Part shown: one piece after another, positions 52,460 to 64,000 of the stretch | Numbering within the stretch: the first letter of the stretch is position 1 | Layout: every line of letters starts with the position of its first letter | Source of the DNA: Octopus sinensis | Taxonomy: Eukaryota | Reading direction: 5' to 3' | DNA length: 64,000 nt | Assembly: GCF_006345805.1 (NCBI RefSeq) | Contig: NC_043020.1 | Coordinates: 16,244,001 to 16,308,000, forward strand | Notes under the pieces: model-generated | Databases searched by the model: none | The model's input: only the letters and a program-made list of their open reading frames with translations | Told to the model about the DNA's origin: nothing | Program-made: the position numbers and the translations under genes

Positions 52460-52762
52460 AGTAATACAGGCCCAGCTGCTGCAACAGTTTGAGCTTAAAG
52501 GGCCCACAGCTCTTCAATATATTTCCAAAATGCCTGAGAGACCTGCATGGTGTAGATGCTAGTTTTATTAAGACAAAATTGTATCTCTTGCAGTCAAGGT
52601 TTCCAGATGAGCCTACCTCATGGCAGGAAACAAAGATAAGGCCAGCGGTATCAAATTCCCTTATTGACCAAATGCCATGTGTCTGAGGAGGTTTCAAATA
52701 AATGTGTAACTCAGTCAACGGTGGTACCTCAGCATGACAGCAGCTTTGAAGCTGAAACATTT
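52460..52762 (+). mobile_element. CR1/L2-group LINE 3' end
   Basis: CNSLSLKGPQLFNIFPKCLRDLHG...FIKTKL...PDEP...SNSLIDQ, then tail CAGCATGACAGCAGCTTTGAAGCTGAAAC. Confidence 0.75.
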
Positions 52763-52768
52763 TTAGAA

Positions 52769-53192
52769 ATAGGCGTAGGAGTGGCTATGTGGTAAGTAGC
52801 TTGCTTTTGCTTACCAACCACATGGTTCTGCGTTCAGTCCCACTGCGTGGCACCTTGGGCAAGTGTCTTCTACTATAACCTCGGACCGACCAAAGCCTTG
52901 TGAGTGGATTTGGTAGATGGAAACTGAAAGAAGCCTGTCGTATATATGTATATATATATATATGTATGTGTGTGTTTGTGTGTCTGTGTTTGTCCACCAC
53001 ACCCAACATCGCTTGACAACTGATGTTGGTGTGTTTACATCCCCGTAACTTAGCAGTTCAGCAAAAGAGACTGATAGAATAAGTACTAGGCTTACAAAGA
53101 ATAAGTCCTGGGGTTGATTTGCTCGACTAAAGGTGGTGCTCCAGCATGGCCACAGTCAAATGACTGAAACAAGTTAAAGAGTGAAAGAGTAA
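52769..53192 (+). mobile_element. SINE family A; two older reverse copies follow at 53232-53597 and 53630-54055
   Basis: Family consensus match. Confidence 0.9.
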
Positions 53193-54059
53193 ATATAATA
53201 ATTTGCATAACAGATATGTGTATATATGTATTCTTTTTATTTTTCTACTTGTTTCAGTCATTGGACTGCAACCTTGCTGGAGCACTGCCTTGAAGAATTT
53301 TAGTCAAACGAGTTGACCCCTGTACTTGTTTTTATAAAAGCCAGTACTTAATTTACTGGCCTCTTTTGTTGAATGACTAAGTAACAGAAATGTAAACACA
53401 CCAACACTGGTTGTCAAATGGTGGCGGGGGACAGAGACAAACACACAAACACAAACACACACACACATAAATATAATGGTCTTCTTTCAGTCTCTGTGTA
53501 CCAAATCCACTCACAAGTCTTTGGTAAGTGGGACTGAACCTATGATCACATGATTGGGAAGCAACCTTCTTACCACACTGCCACACCAACTCCTGTGTAT
53601 ATATATGCATTCTTTTTTTTCTCTTACTTCTCTAAGGCAGTGCCCCAGCGTGAGGAACTGCTTTGGGGAATTTTAATTATATGAATTGACCACTGCACTT
53701 ACGTTTTCAAATCTGGTGCTTATTCTATTGGCCTCTTTTGCCAAACTACTAAGTTATGGGGATGTAAACACACCAACACCGATTATCAAGCAGTAGTGGG
53801 ATACAAACACAGACATACACTCAAACACACACATGCATATTCACATGCATGCACACACACTTGCGCACATGCATGCCTCACATACATATATGATGGGCTT
53901 CTTTACAGTTTCCATGAACCAAATCCCCTCATAAGGCTTTGGTCAGCCTGAGGCCATAATAGAAAACACTCCCAAGGTACCACAGAGTGAGACTGAACCT
54001 GGAAGCAGGTGGATGGGAAGCAAACTTCTTACCATACTACTAATGCCTTCACCTATATA

Positions 54060-54270
54060 TTCTTTTCGGGCACAAGGCCCGAAATTTTTAGGGTGGGGGC
54101 CAGTCGATTAGATCGGCCACAGTACGTAACTGGTACTTAATTTATCAACCCTAAAAAGATGAAAGACAAAGTTGACCTCGGCGGAATTTGAACTCAGAAC
54201 ACATCTGGGGGCGAAATACCACTAGGCATTTTGCCTCACGTGCTAACAATTCTGCCAGCTGACACCCTTA
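54060..54270 (-). mobile_element. SINE family B
   Basis: Core and head match. Confidence 0.8.
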
Positions 54271-54623
54271 CTGGCACCTATATAACCCCACTAACATACC
54301 ACTTATTCCACATGCCTAGTGAAGCATCTACAAGTGAAGTACATAGCTATGAGTCAAGTCCCTTTACCTGGCATTTGTCAACTTGACAGGGGCCCTCACT
54401 CTGTGTTCTAGTGCTAGCTAAGGAAGCTAGGGGGTAGATGAACGGCTTGTGAGGGCCATACATTATCTGTACAGAAGTGCAATCAACACAACATCAGCTA
54501 TAGGAGATGGTGAAAAATTTAGTGGCAGGATAGGGGTCAATCAGGGTTCAGTTTTCAGTTATATCAGAGTTTCAGACTAGTTCTCCATAGGAAGTTCTGG
54601 AGGCTTCAATATGTTCGGGAAAA

Positions 54624-55108
54624 ATGATGATGATGATGATGATGATGACGACAACGACGATAACAACGATGACGACGACAACAATGATGATGATGATGAT
54701 GATGATGACGATGAGAAAAATTATGATGATAAGGATGCTGACAACGGCAATGACAATGATGAAGATGATGCGATGATGATATTGATAATAATGATGATTA
54801 TGATGATGACGACGATGATGATGATGACAATGACGATAATGATGACAACAATGATGATGATGATGATGAAAATCATTACGATGATAAGGATGCTGATAAT
54901 GGCAATGATGACGATGATAATGACAACAACAACAACAACGACAATGATGACGACGACAATGATGATGATGATGATGAAAATCATTACGATGATAAGGATG
55001 CTGATAATGGCAATGATGATTATGATAATGACAACAACAACAACAACAACACAACGACAATGATGACGACGACGACGATGATGATGATTATGATGATGGC
55101 AACAATGC
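54624..55108. repeat. (GAT/GAC/AAC)n microsatellite with internal duplication
   Basis: AAAATCATTACGATGATAAGGATGCTGATAATGGCAATGATGA present twice. Confidence 0.9.
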
Positions 55109-55519
55109 TATTTCGCTTGTATAACATTGCTAACGCCTTTGGTTAAGACATGAACAAAGCAATAAGAGTACAGCAACTGAATCATCAATTGTCTTTTATT
55201 GTTAATTAATTCATGTATTAAACCTGACTTGAGAGAGACGAAATATTTACAGTGAGAGGGCGAACAGCGATAAGAGATTAATAACTAAGATTATGACTGA
55301 ACTATAGAATATTTTAGAGGATACAATAGATATCAGAAACAGACGGTCAGAGATATGTGTGGTTAAGTAGGCAGGTAGGTTGGCTGGTGGATGGTTAGGT
55401 AGTTAGGTACAGAGGGCAGAGGTGAGGATGGTGGATAGGCAAGGTGGTGTGGTAAGATGTTTGCTTTGCAGTCATATGGCTCCAGGTTCAGTCTTGCGGT
55501 TTGGCACTTTGGGCAAGTA

Positions 55520-56062
55520 GTGGAGGCACGTAGCCTAGTGGTTAGAGCAGCGGACTCGTGGTCCAGGGATCGCAGGTTCGAATCTCAGACCGGGCGATGT
55601 GTGTGTTTATGAGTGAAACACCTAAGCTCCACGCAGCTCCAGGAGAAGGCAATGGCGAACTTCTACTGACTCTTTTGCCACAAATTTCTCTCTCTTTCCT
55701 CCTGCATCTTGCAGCTCACCTGCGACGGACCGGTGTCCCATCCAGGTGGGGAACCTATGCGCCAAGGAAACCGGGAAACTGGCCCTTATGAGCCAGGCAT
55801 GGCTCGAGAAGGAATCTCAGACCGGGCGATATGTGTGTTTATGAGTGAAACACCTAAGCCCCACGCAGCTCCGGCAGAAAGTAATGGCGAACTTCTGCTG
55901 ACCCTTTCACCACAACTTTCTCTCACTCTTTACTCCTGCATCTTGCAGCTCATCTGCGATGGACCAGTGTCCCGTCCAGGTGGGGAACCTATATGCCAAG
56001 GAAACCGGGAAACCAGCCCTTATGAGCCAGGCATGGCTCAAGAAGGAACAAACAAAAACAAA
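55520..56062 (+). mobile_element. tRNA(Arg)-like SINE with tandemly duplicated body, nested in an old SINE A head
   Basis: Head TAGCCTAGTGG..GGTTCGAATCTC; body GAATCTCAGACCGGGCGAT... repeats from 55812. Confidence 0.85.
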
Positions 56063-56324
56063 CTTTGGGCAAATGCTTGTCCACTGGTAGGATGCAATTT
56101 AGCACAATGAGGATGACTTTTTCAGGTGGTTTAACACCCAATGCTTTGAGGGAGTCATCCCCACTGTGCTATTTCACAACCTGCTGGCAAACAAGCAAAA
56201 TATATATTGAGTATGTATGGTCAATAATGTTTGCAACACTAGTTCTGCTTCTAATTCATATTTGAGTTTATTATTTGATACACATCGTCATGGCATACAA
56301 GCAAATGGTTTTACACTATTTGTA

Positions 56325-56728
56325 TATAGGCCTAGGAGTGGCTGTGTGGTAAGTAGCTTGCTTACTAACCACATGGTTCCGGGTTCAGTCCCACTGCGTG
56401 GCACCTTGGGCAAGTGTCTTCTACTATAGTCTCAGGCTGACCAAAGCCTTGTGAGTGGATTTGGTAGACAGAAACTGAAAGAAGCCCATCGTATATATGT
56501 GTGTGTGTGTGTGTGTATGTTTGTCCCCCCCCCCCGCCGCCAACATTGCTTGACAACTGATGGTGGTGTGTTTACGTCCCCGTAACTTAGCAGTTCGGCA
56601 AAAGAGACTAATAGAATAAGCACCTGTCTTACAAAAGCATAAGTCCTGGGGTCGATTTGCTCGACTAAAGGCGGTGCTCCAGCATGGCCACAGTCAAATG
56701 ACTGAAACAAGTAAAAGAATAAAGAGTA
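56325..56728 (+). mobile_element. SINE family A
   Basis: Family consensus match. Confidence 0.92.
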
Positions 56729-57101
56729 AGGGAGTTACAAACTGGCACTTCAGTTTCAGTTTGATTCAAATACAAGATGTTGATAAGATACAAAAATGGT
56801 GAAATATGAGTATCCATCACCTGCTGAATGGCACATGGGTCGAATTGTCTTGCCTGGCTATAATTTTAAGATGTTTTAACACCTGGCACTTTGAGGGAGT
56901 CATTCCCAACTTGCTAAGCCACAGCCTACTTGCAAACAAGCTGAATCCTGGAAAGAGCCAACAGTCAGGGGGGAAAAAAAACCCATGAGGTTCTCCTCTT
57001 TGAAGATACAAGGACCAACTACTAAAAACAACACTGAAAGCCATTGGACATGAGCCTTTTCTGGAGAACTCTTGTTGCCCTGCAACACCCTCAGAGATAG
57101 T

Positions 57102-57730
57102 TTTACTCTTTTACTCTTTTACTCTTTTACTTGTTTCAGTCATTTGACTGTGGCCATGCTGGAGCACCGCCTTTAGTCGAGCAAATCGACCCCAGGACTT
57201 ATTTTTTGTAAGCCTAGTACTTATTCTATCAGTCTTTTTTACCAAACTGCTAAGTTACGGGGATGTAAACACACCAGCATTGGTTGTCAAGCGATGTTGG
57301 GGGGACAAACACAGACACAAAAACATAAACACACACATACATATATATCATCATCATCATCATCTTTTAGCGTCCACTTTCCATGCTAGCATGGGTTGGA
57401 CGGTTCGACTGGGGTCTGGGAAGCCAGAAGGCTGCATCAGGCCCAGTCTGATCTGGCAGTGTTTCTACGGCTGGATGCCCTTCCTAACGCTAACCACTCC
57501 ATGAGTGTAGTGGGTGCTTTTTACATGCCACCCACACCGGTGCCAGACGGGGCTGGCAAACAGCCACGATCGGATGGTGCTTTTTACATGCCACCGGCAT
57601 AGGGGCCAGGCGAGGCTGGCAATGGCCACAATCGGATGGTGCATTTTACATGCCACCAGCACGGGCGTGCCAGATGGGCTTCTTTCCATTTCCGTCTACC
57701 AAATCCATTCACAAGGCTTTGGTCAGCCCA
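57102..57730 (-). mobile_element. SINE family A with nested family C (57349-57668)
   Basis: Same nesting position as 3397-4370. Confidence 0.85.
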
Positions 57731-57981
57731 ACATTTGGATAACATTTTGATAGGAAAAAAATTTAATTCCTACAATGCTATAAAACAGGCCTTTCAAGAT
57801 TTTATTGACTCTAGATTGCCAGGCTTTTATAGTTCCAGGCTGGACAAGCTACCGCTGAAATGGTAAAAGTGTATTGACAATATGGGTGCATACTTTGATG
57901 AATAAAACTATTTCTTGTATTTATAAAACATTAGCAAACTTTTTTTCTTTTCTACAAATTTCATACTTGATGACCAAATAT
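57731..57981 (+). mobile_element. Mariner transposase 3' fragment
   Basis: HLDNILIGKKFNS...FIDSRLPGFYSSRLDKLPLKW*KCIDNMGAYFDE. Confidence 0.85.
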
Positions 57982-58149
57982 TTATTCTCACTTTTATCAA
58001 TAAATATATTGTACACATATATTGATGATGTAATATTCAACTTTGCTGAATAGTAAGCGGTTTTCATTTGTCTAGTAGCTTTCAACACATTAACAAATGC
58101 CCGCAGAAATACATAAAATAAATATTACATATACGTAACTATGGCTTAA

Positions 58150-58369
58150 CCCTTTAGTGTTTAAACCGGCTGTATCCGGCCCGAATATTCTACTCATTTT
58201 ATGCTCAAACTGGCCAGAACCAGCATCTCACACCTACCCTGCAATGTCATTCTAAAATTAAACAATAACATCTTTCAAATCTTGAAGCTACAAGATAATA
58301 TCAAATAAATTTTTTAAAATGTAAATGAATAAGGATTACTTCTGACATATTAATTTGAACGCTAAAGGG
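58150..58369. mobile_element. piggyBac-type MITE
   Basis: TTAA|CCCTTTAGTGTTTAAA ... TTTGAACGCTAAAGGG|TTAA. Confidence 0.88.
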
Positions 58370-58655
58370 TTAAAATTTTAAAAAATATAAAAAAAAACAA
58401 TGATGATAATAATAATTTATTATTTAGCTGTAATTACTAGAGATTACAATTGGGTGATTTTAACAAATTTCTTAAATGATTACTACTTCACGGACATTTC
58501 GATCTATTATAAGTTATGATGTAATTCAGGAAAATTGATTTCAGTTTCTAGATAAAGTAATTGTATCAAAATATTGTTTAAACTAACAGATAATTTTGTT
58601 TTTTAACACATTACATGCACACACAAACAAATGCATTAATAAATTTGCATATACA

Positions 58656-59043
58656 TAGGCACAGGAGTGGCTGTGTGGTAAGTAGCTATAGGCGCAGGAG
58701 TCGCTGTGTGGTAAGTAGTTTGGTTCCGGGTTCAGTCCCACTGCATGGCACCTTGGGCAAGTGTCTTCTACTATAGCCTCAGGACTACCAAAGCCTTGTA
58801 AGTGGATTTGGCAGATGGAAACTGAAAGAAGCCCATTGTATATATATATTTGTGTGTGTGTGCGTGTGTGTGTGTGTGTGTGTCTGTGTTTGTCCCCCCA
58901 ACATTACTTGACAACCAATGCCGGTGTGTTTACATCCCCGTCACATAGTGGTTCAGCAAGAGAGACCAATAGAATAAGTACTAGGCTTACAAAGAATAAG
59001 TCCTGGGGTCGATTTGCTCAACTAAAGGCAGTGCTCCAGCATG
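58656..59043 (+). mobile_element. SINE family A with duplicated 5' head
   Basis: ATAGGCRCAGGAGTSGCTGTGTGGTAAGTAG twice in tandem. Confidence 0.88.
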
Positions 59044-59242
59044 ATACACTGGATAAAACCGGGGACCTTGGATGCTAACATCCCTTTAACAGGATTTTAT
59101 ATCTTTGATCTAATTTAATATCTAAATATATATGTATGTATCTAGAGAGAGTGAGGGAGAGAGAAGAGAGGGAGGGGGAGGGATAGATATACAGACAGAC
59201 AGACAAGCAGGCAAGTAGGCAAGCAGGCAGGCAGATAGATAA

Positions 59243-59294
<52 letters not shown>

Positions 59295-59995
59295 GATAGA
59301 TAGATAGATAAGATAGATAGACATACACACATGCATGTAAAACTTTCTTACCATCTACTTTTAATATTAAATAACTTGTGTGTTAAGTGATTTGTTTCTT
59401 TGCCATAACATACTTAGATCTATAAAGTTTTAGCCAGCCTTAAGTCTTCCAATGTATGAAAACATTACAATATACTCATGGACAGAAAAAGGAAGAACAG
59501 CTGTAAATGCTGTGGATCTCGGCCCTACTGGGAGCCTCGGTCCGTGAGCTTATTGTATATATGTAGGCACAATGTTTGCAATCATTGTAACATAGTGATG
59601 ACTAAAAAAATCTATAAAGTATGGCTGTGTGGTAAGAAGTTTGCTCTCCAGCCATGTGGTTTCAGGTTCAGTCCCACTCCATGGTATCTTGAACAAGTGT
59701 CTTTCTTCTACTATAGGTAAAGCCTTGTGAATGGATTTGGTAGCTAAGAAGCCCAGTGTATGTGTGTTTATGTATGTGTGTGTGTGTGTGTGTGTGTGTT
59801 ACTGTCTCCTTGACTAGACATCACAGTCAAGTTGAGTCCTTCATTTCCAATCTTCCATGAAAACACGTCTGGTCGTAGGGAAATATTACCTTACTTGATA
59901 GCAGGCAAAGGTTGGAGACAGGAAGGGCATCCAGCTGTAGAAAAAATCCACTTCCACAAATTCCAACCAACCCATGCAAGCATGGAATATCGTTG

Positions 59996-60029
<34 letters not shown>

Positions 60030-60959
60030 TTAATGTTTACATTCATCTAACCCATGCAAGCATGGAATATCATCGTCATCATCACCATCATCATCATCGT
60101 CATCAGCATCATCATCATATTCGTTGTCATTGTCATCATCATGATCATCATCGTCATCGTTGTCATCATGATCATCATCATCATTTAATGTCCATTTTCA
60201 TACTGGCATGGGTTAGACCATTTGACAGTAATGGTAAGGCTGGTGAGGCTATACCAGCTTCCATTGTCTGTTTTGGCAAAGTTTCTACAACTGGATGCCC
60301 TTCCAAATACCAACCACTTTACAGAGTGTACTGGGTGCTTTTGTATGTGGCACCAGCACTGGTACTAATTCTGCTGTGGTGGACAGGCCCTCTTGAGAAC
60401 AGCAAGGCACCAGACACCTCAGTCCTTTGTCATCTGCTTCATGAGGCTCAAGGTCTTGAGATGCTATTCTGGATCTCCTTCCTTCACAAGTTCCATCCCC
60501 TTTAAGTGATCAGGTAATGATGATGATGACGGTGATGATGATGATGGCAATGCCGACGACAGTGATGACAATGATTGTGATGATGATTATGATGATGATG
60601 ATGATGATGATATGATGATGATAATGTTCTAACAGTACGTTATAGCAGTGAAAGATAACACTAGTGATTCAAAAGTAACACTAGTAATTTAATAGTCAAC
60701 TTAGTAGTAAAAAAAAATGTGTTAAATATGTAAATTGGTCAATCCAGCTTACTTTGACCACAAATATCAGTGGATTTATAATCAATATGTTTGTGAATAT
60801 TGAAGGAAAGTGCACATCTCGTGACAAGACTCCAGAAAGGGCTAAATGTACAGTAAATGTGCCTGTTCCTTCTTGTTCTGTTCAAGAGTATATTGTATGT
60901 ATAGACATGGTGTTTACATTTAATGTAACATACTGCGTTGGTTAAAAATCAACATATGC

Positions 60960-61376
60960 TCTTTTACTCTTTTACTTGTTTCAGTCATTTGACTGTGGCC
61001 ATGCTGGAGCACTGCCTTTAATCGAGCAAATCGACCCCGGGACTTATTCTTTGTAAGCCCAGTACTTATTCTATCGGTCTCCTTTGCCAAACCGCTAAGT
61101 GACGGGGACGTAAACACACCAGCATCAGTTGTCAAGTAATGCTAAGGGTACAAACACAGACACACAAACACATACATATACATATATATATACATATATA
61201 CGACAGGCTTCTTTCAGTTTCCGTCTACCAAATCCACTCACAAGGCATTGGTCGACCCGGGGCTATAGCAGAAGACACCTGCCCAAGATGCCATGCAGTG
61301 GGACTGAACCCGGAACCATGTGGTTGGTTAGCAAGCTACTTACCACACAGCCACTCATGTTCTATGTTGCAAAGTC
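60960..61376 (-). mobile_element. SINE family A
   Basis: Reverse copy. Confidence 0.9.
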
Positions 61377-61392
61377 TCTCTCTTTATCTATA

Positions 61393-61785
61393 TATAGATT
61401 GCTGGTGACTACACATTTATTTTCTCTCCTTGTTTCTTTCTGTGTTCCTTTCTGTGGAAGAGCATAGGCTCGAAATGTTAAAGACTTTTTCACTTCCCGA
61501 GTGTTATACTAATACATCTATTTGTTGTCTACACCACCTGTCTTTGTCTTTTGTTTTTTTGTGAATTCTCCCTATATATATATATATATCAGTCGCCATG
61601 ATAGATTGTTAGCCACTACACACATTTTTTTTTCTCTCCTTGTTTTTTCTGTCCCTTTCTGTAGAAGAGCGAAGGCTCGAAACGTAAAAGACTTTTTCTA
61701 TTCCTGAGCGTTATACTAATACATCTGTTTGTTTTGTACACCACCTGTCTTCATCATTTGTTTTTTTCATAAATTCTCCCTATAC
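61393..61785 (+). mobile_element. Tandem pair of family D mini-elements
   Basis: CTGTGGAAGAGCATAGGCTCGAAATGTT and CTGTAGAAGAGCGAAGGCTCGAAACGTA, separated by (TA)n. Confidence 0.72.
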
Positions 61786-61792
61786 ATATATA

Positions 61793-62350
61793 TATCATAT
61801 AAAATCCGTTCTGTCTGTCTGTGTGTGTGTCTTCTAGGATCTTGGGTATCCTCCATCCGATTGTGCTCAAATTTGATATGGAGATACTGATGGTATCAGG
61901 GCATGTATAAGTCTTGAAAAAATTACAAAAATCGATTCTTGGTGAGAATGCGATCGATAAAGCCATTTTTGTCCTGCTTTTCTTCCGTCAACCTGTACAT
62001 AACTACACCTTCCATTTTTTGTTGTTTTTGTACTGCTTAAAGGCACATTTCTTTCCTGCCAAGCTTACTATTTAAACCATGTTTGTGTTCTCCCAGTCAA
62101 CAGCCTTGTCATTACTGGTACTTTAAACTCTTTGGTTGCATATTTGTGTGGATAAAATCGTTTTTCTTTGGAATAGAAAAAAAAGTCTATCTTTATTTCT
62201 TATTTTGCTGGTGGCCCAAATTTAGGCTACATCAGCATTTCTCAAAGGGGAGGCCTATGGGATGGTCAGACAAGTTGTTTTGAGAAAATTTGGTTGAAAT
62301 GTTTCACAACTCAGCACTGTCCATTGGACGTGGTGGGGACCGTTTTGCTC

Positions 62351-62352
<2 letters not shown>
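61793..62352 (+). mobile_element. Helitron-like non-autonomous element
   Basis: 5' TCATATAAAA, (CTGT)n tract, CCGATTGTGCTCAAATTTG, 3' small hairpin and GCTCGT end. Confidence 0.55.
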
Positions 62353-62383
<31 letters not shown>

Positions 62384-62386
<3 letters not shown>

Positions 62387-63572
62387 GCTGAGTTATGTAT
62401 GCTCATAGGAGCCTTTATTCTCCATAATCTAAAAATAGAATTCCCATTTATAGATGCAGGTTTTATATAGGAATGACGGCCTTATAGCCACGCATAATCT
62501 AAACGGCCATGATCAGATAGACTTAGGAAGGACCTCTAAGCTTTCTTCTCTTTCAAAGGATGGGCTTACGGTTACGATAGATGCTAACCGAATAGTGTAG
62601 ATTTTTTAGACGTAATTTTAATGTAAGATCGGATAGATTTAAACCTTTTCCGTAAGCCCAATGAAAAGCTATCGTATATTAGCAAAGATTCGAACCATCC
62701 ACCAGTTATCCTTAGGAACTTAGTCGGCAATGTAGGTAGAAGAATATCTTCAATTTCTTCGGACGAGGCAGCATTCCATAATGCTGCACCTTATTACGAT
62801 AGCGCATTAAAGAATAGTGGATTCTCTGAGAAGATCCAGTTCACACCAGCTTAATGCTGATAATAATGCTGCACGAAGAACTAGGACCAGGAAAGTTTTG
62901 TGGTCAAACCCGGCTTTCAATTTGGCCGTAAAGACTAATATAGGTAAGGAATTTTTGAGATTAGTCTCTAAGCATTTTAAGCAGGGTCATATTCTATAGG
63001 ATATTTAATAGAAGAACCCTGAAGGTTAGCTATTCTTGTTGCAGAAATTTCGCCTCTTACATTAGCCAACATAATAGGAAGCTAATTGAGATTAGACATG
63101 GTGCCGAGCCATTAAGAAATGTAATTTCAAAAACGAAAGCTCCTGTCCGTTAGAAGGGAAATGTCTTGTGAAAGGAGTAGTTTATAGAGCCAAGGTGCAA
63201 GTGGAAGGCTCATTGGAATACAAGACATACACAGGGGCTTCAGAAAATTCATTTAAAACAAGATTTTATTCTCATAAAAATTCATTTAAATACACAGAGA
63301 ATAGGAAGAAAACCAGCCTAGTAAAATATGTCTGGGAACTAAAAGAAAAGGAAGCCCCACCTTTCAACGTGACATGGAGCATTCTGGACAGAGCGGCACC
63401 ATACAGGCATGGAGCATACAAAAATAATTTCAAGTGCAAGCTTTGTCTATTAGAAAAAATGTACATCTTATTCAAAGACAATAATTCTTTGAATCAAAGA
63501 AGTGAGCTAATGAACTTATGTAGGCACGCGGCTAAATTTAAAATGTCGAATATAAATATACCATATGGATAA
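62384..63572 (+). pseudogene. Penelope-like retroelement, 5'-truncated: RT C-terminal half plus GIY-YIG endonuclease
   Basis: GAELCMLIG..LYRNDGL..DFLDV..RKPN..YISKDSNHPP; KTNIGKEFL; CPLEGKCLVKGVVYRA..YTGASENSFKTRFYSH..CKLCLLEK..LNQRSEL..CRH; frameshifts in RT. Confidence 0.93.
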
Positions 63573-64000
63573 GTATATATTTTGTATTTTTGATTTTGAT
63601 TTTGACTCTGAAACGATGAGCGCTACGATGGATTTTGTTTCCAAGCTATGCGGATCTTAATCCGTATAGCAAAGTCTTATGTTTCTACATATATATTAGG
63701 AAAAACCTCCAACTTTGTTTTCATGTTATTGTATTGTATAGGATTACCTTGATTATTTATATTACCTTGATTATTTATAAATACCCAAAATAGGATGTTA
63801 TATTTTATTTTATATGTCTTTCGTATATATTTTTATTAATGCACCCATATTTAAAAAGCAATGTTTTTTTTAAAAAAAAGCAATGTTGTCAAAATTAGAA
63901 TGTTGATATAAGTATGTTATAGCAAAGCATATGTATTTGTAAGCATGCGTATCTGTGTATGTGTAAGTGAAAGTATGTTGTGCTTAAGAACACATATACA

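Overview
AT-rich, microsatellite-dense eukaryotic DNA. The SINE and microsatellite make-up strongly suggests an octopus (cephalopod) intron or intergenic region; this is inference. No intact protein-coding gene is visible, only two low-confidence minus-strand exon candidates. The window holds more than 25 copies of one tRNA-derived SINE, several other SINE families, and decayed RTE, CR1-like, R4/Dong-like and Penelope retroelements. It also holds a full-length decayed mariner, scattered Tigger pieces, and piggyBac, hAT, Merlin/MULE-like and Helitron-like non-autonomous elements. The most interesting unexplained signal is a set of short elements and fold-backs, sitting in (TA)n tracts, that carry minimal hammerhead-ribozyme-like cores: one canonical, one six-copy family with a fixed U6 variant, and one with a compensated A3:U8 pair. 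A Penelope RT/GIY-YIG relic at the end of the window represents the element class that could mobilise them. All coordinates were read by eye and boundaries are approximate.
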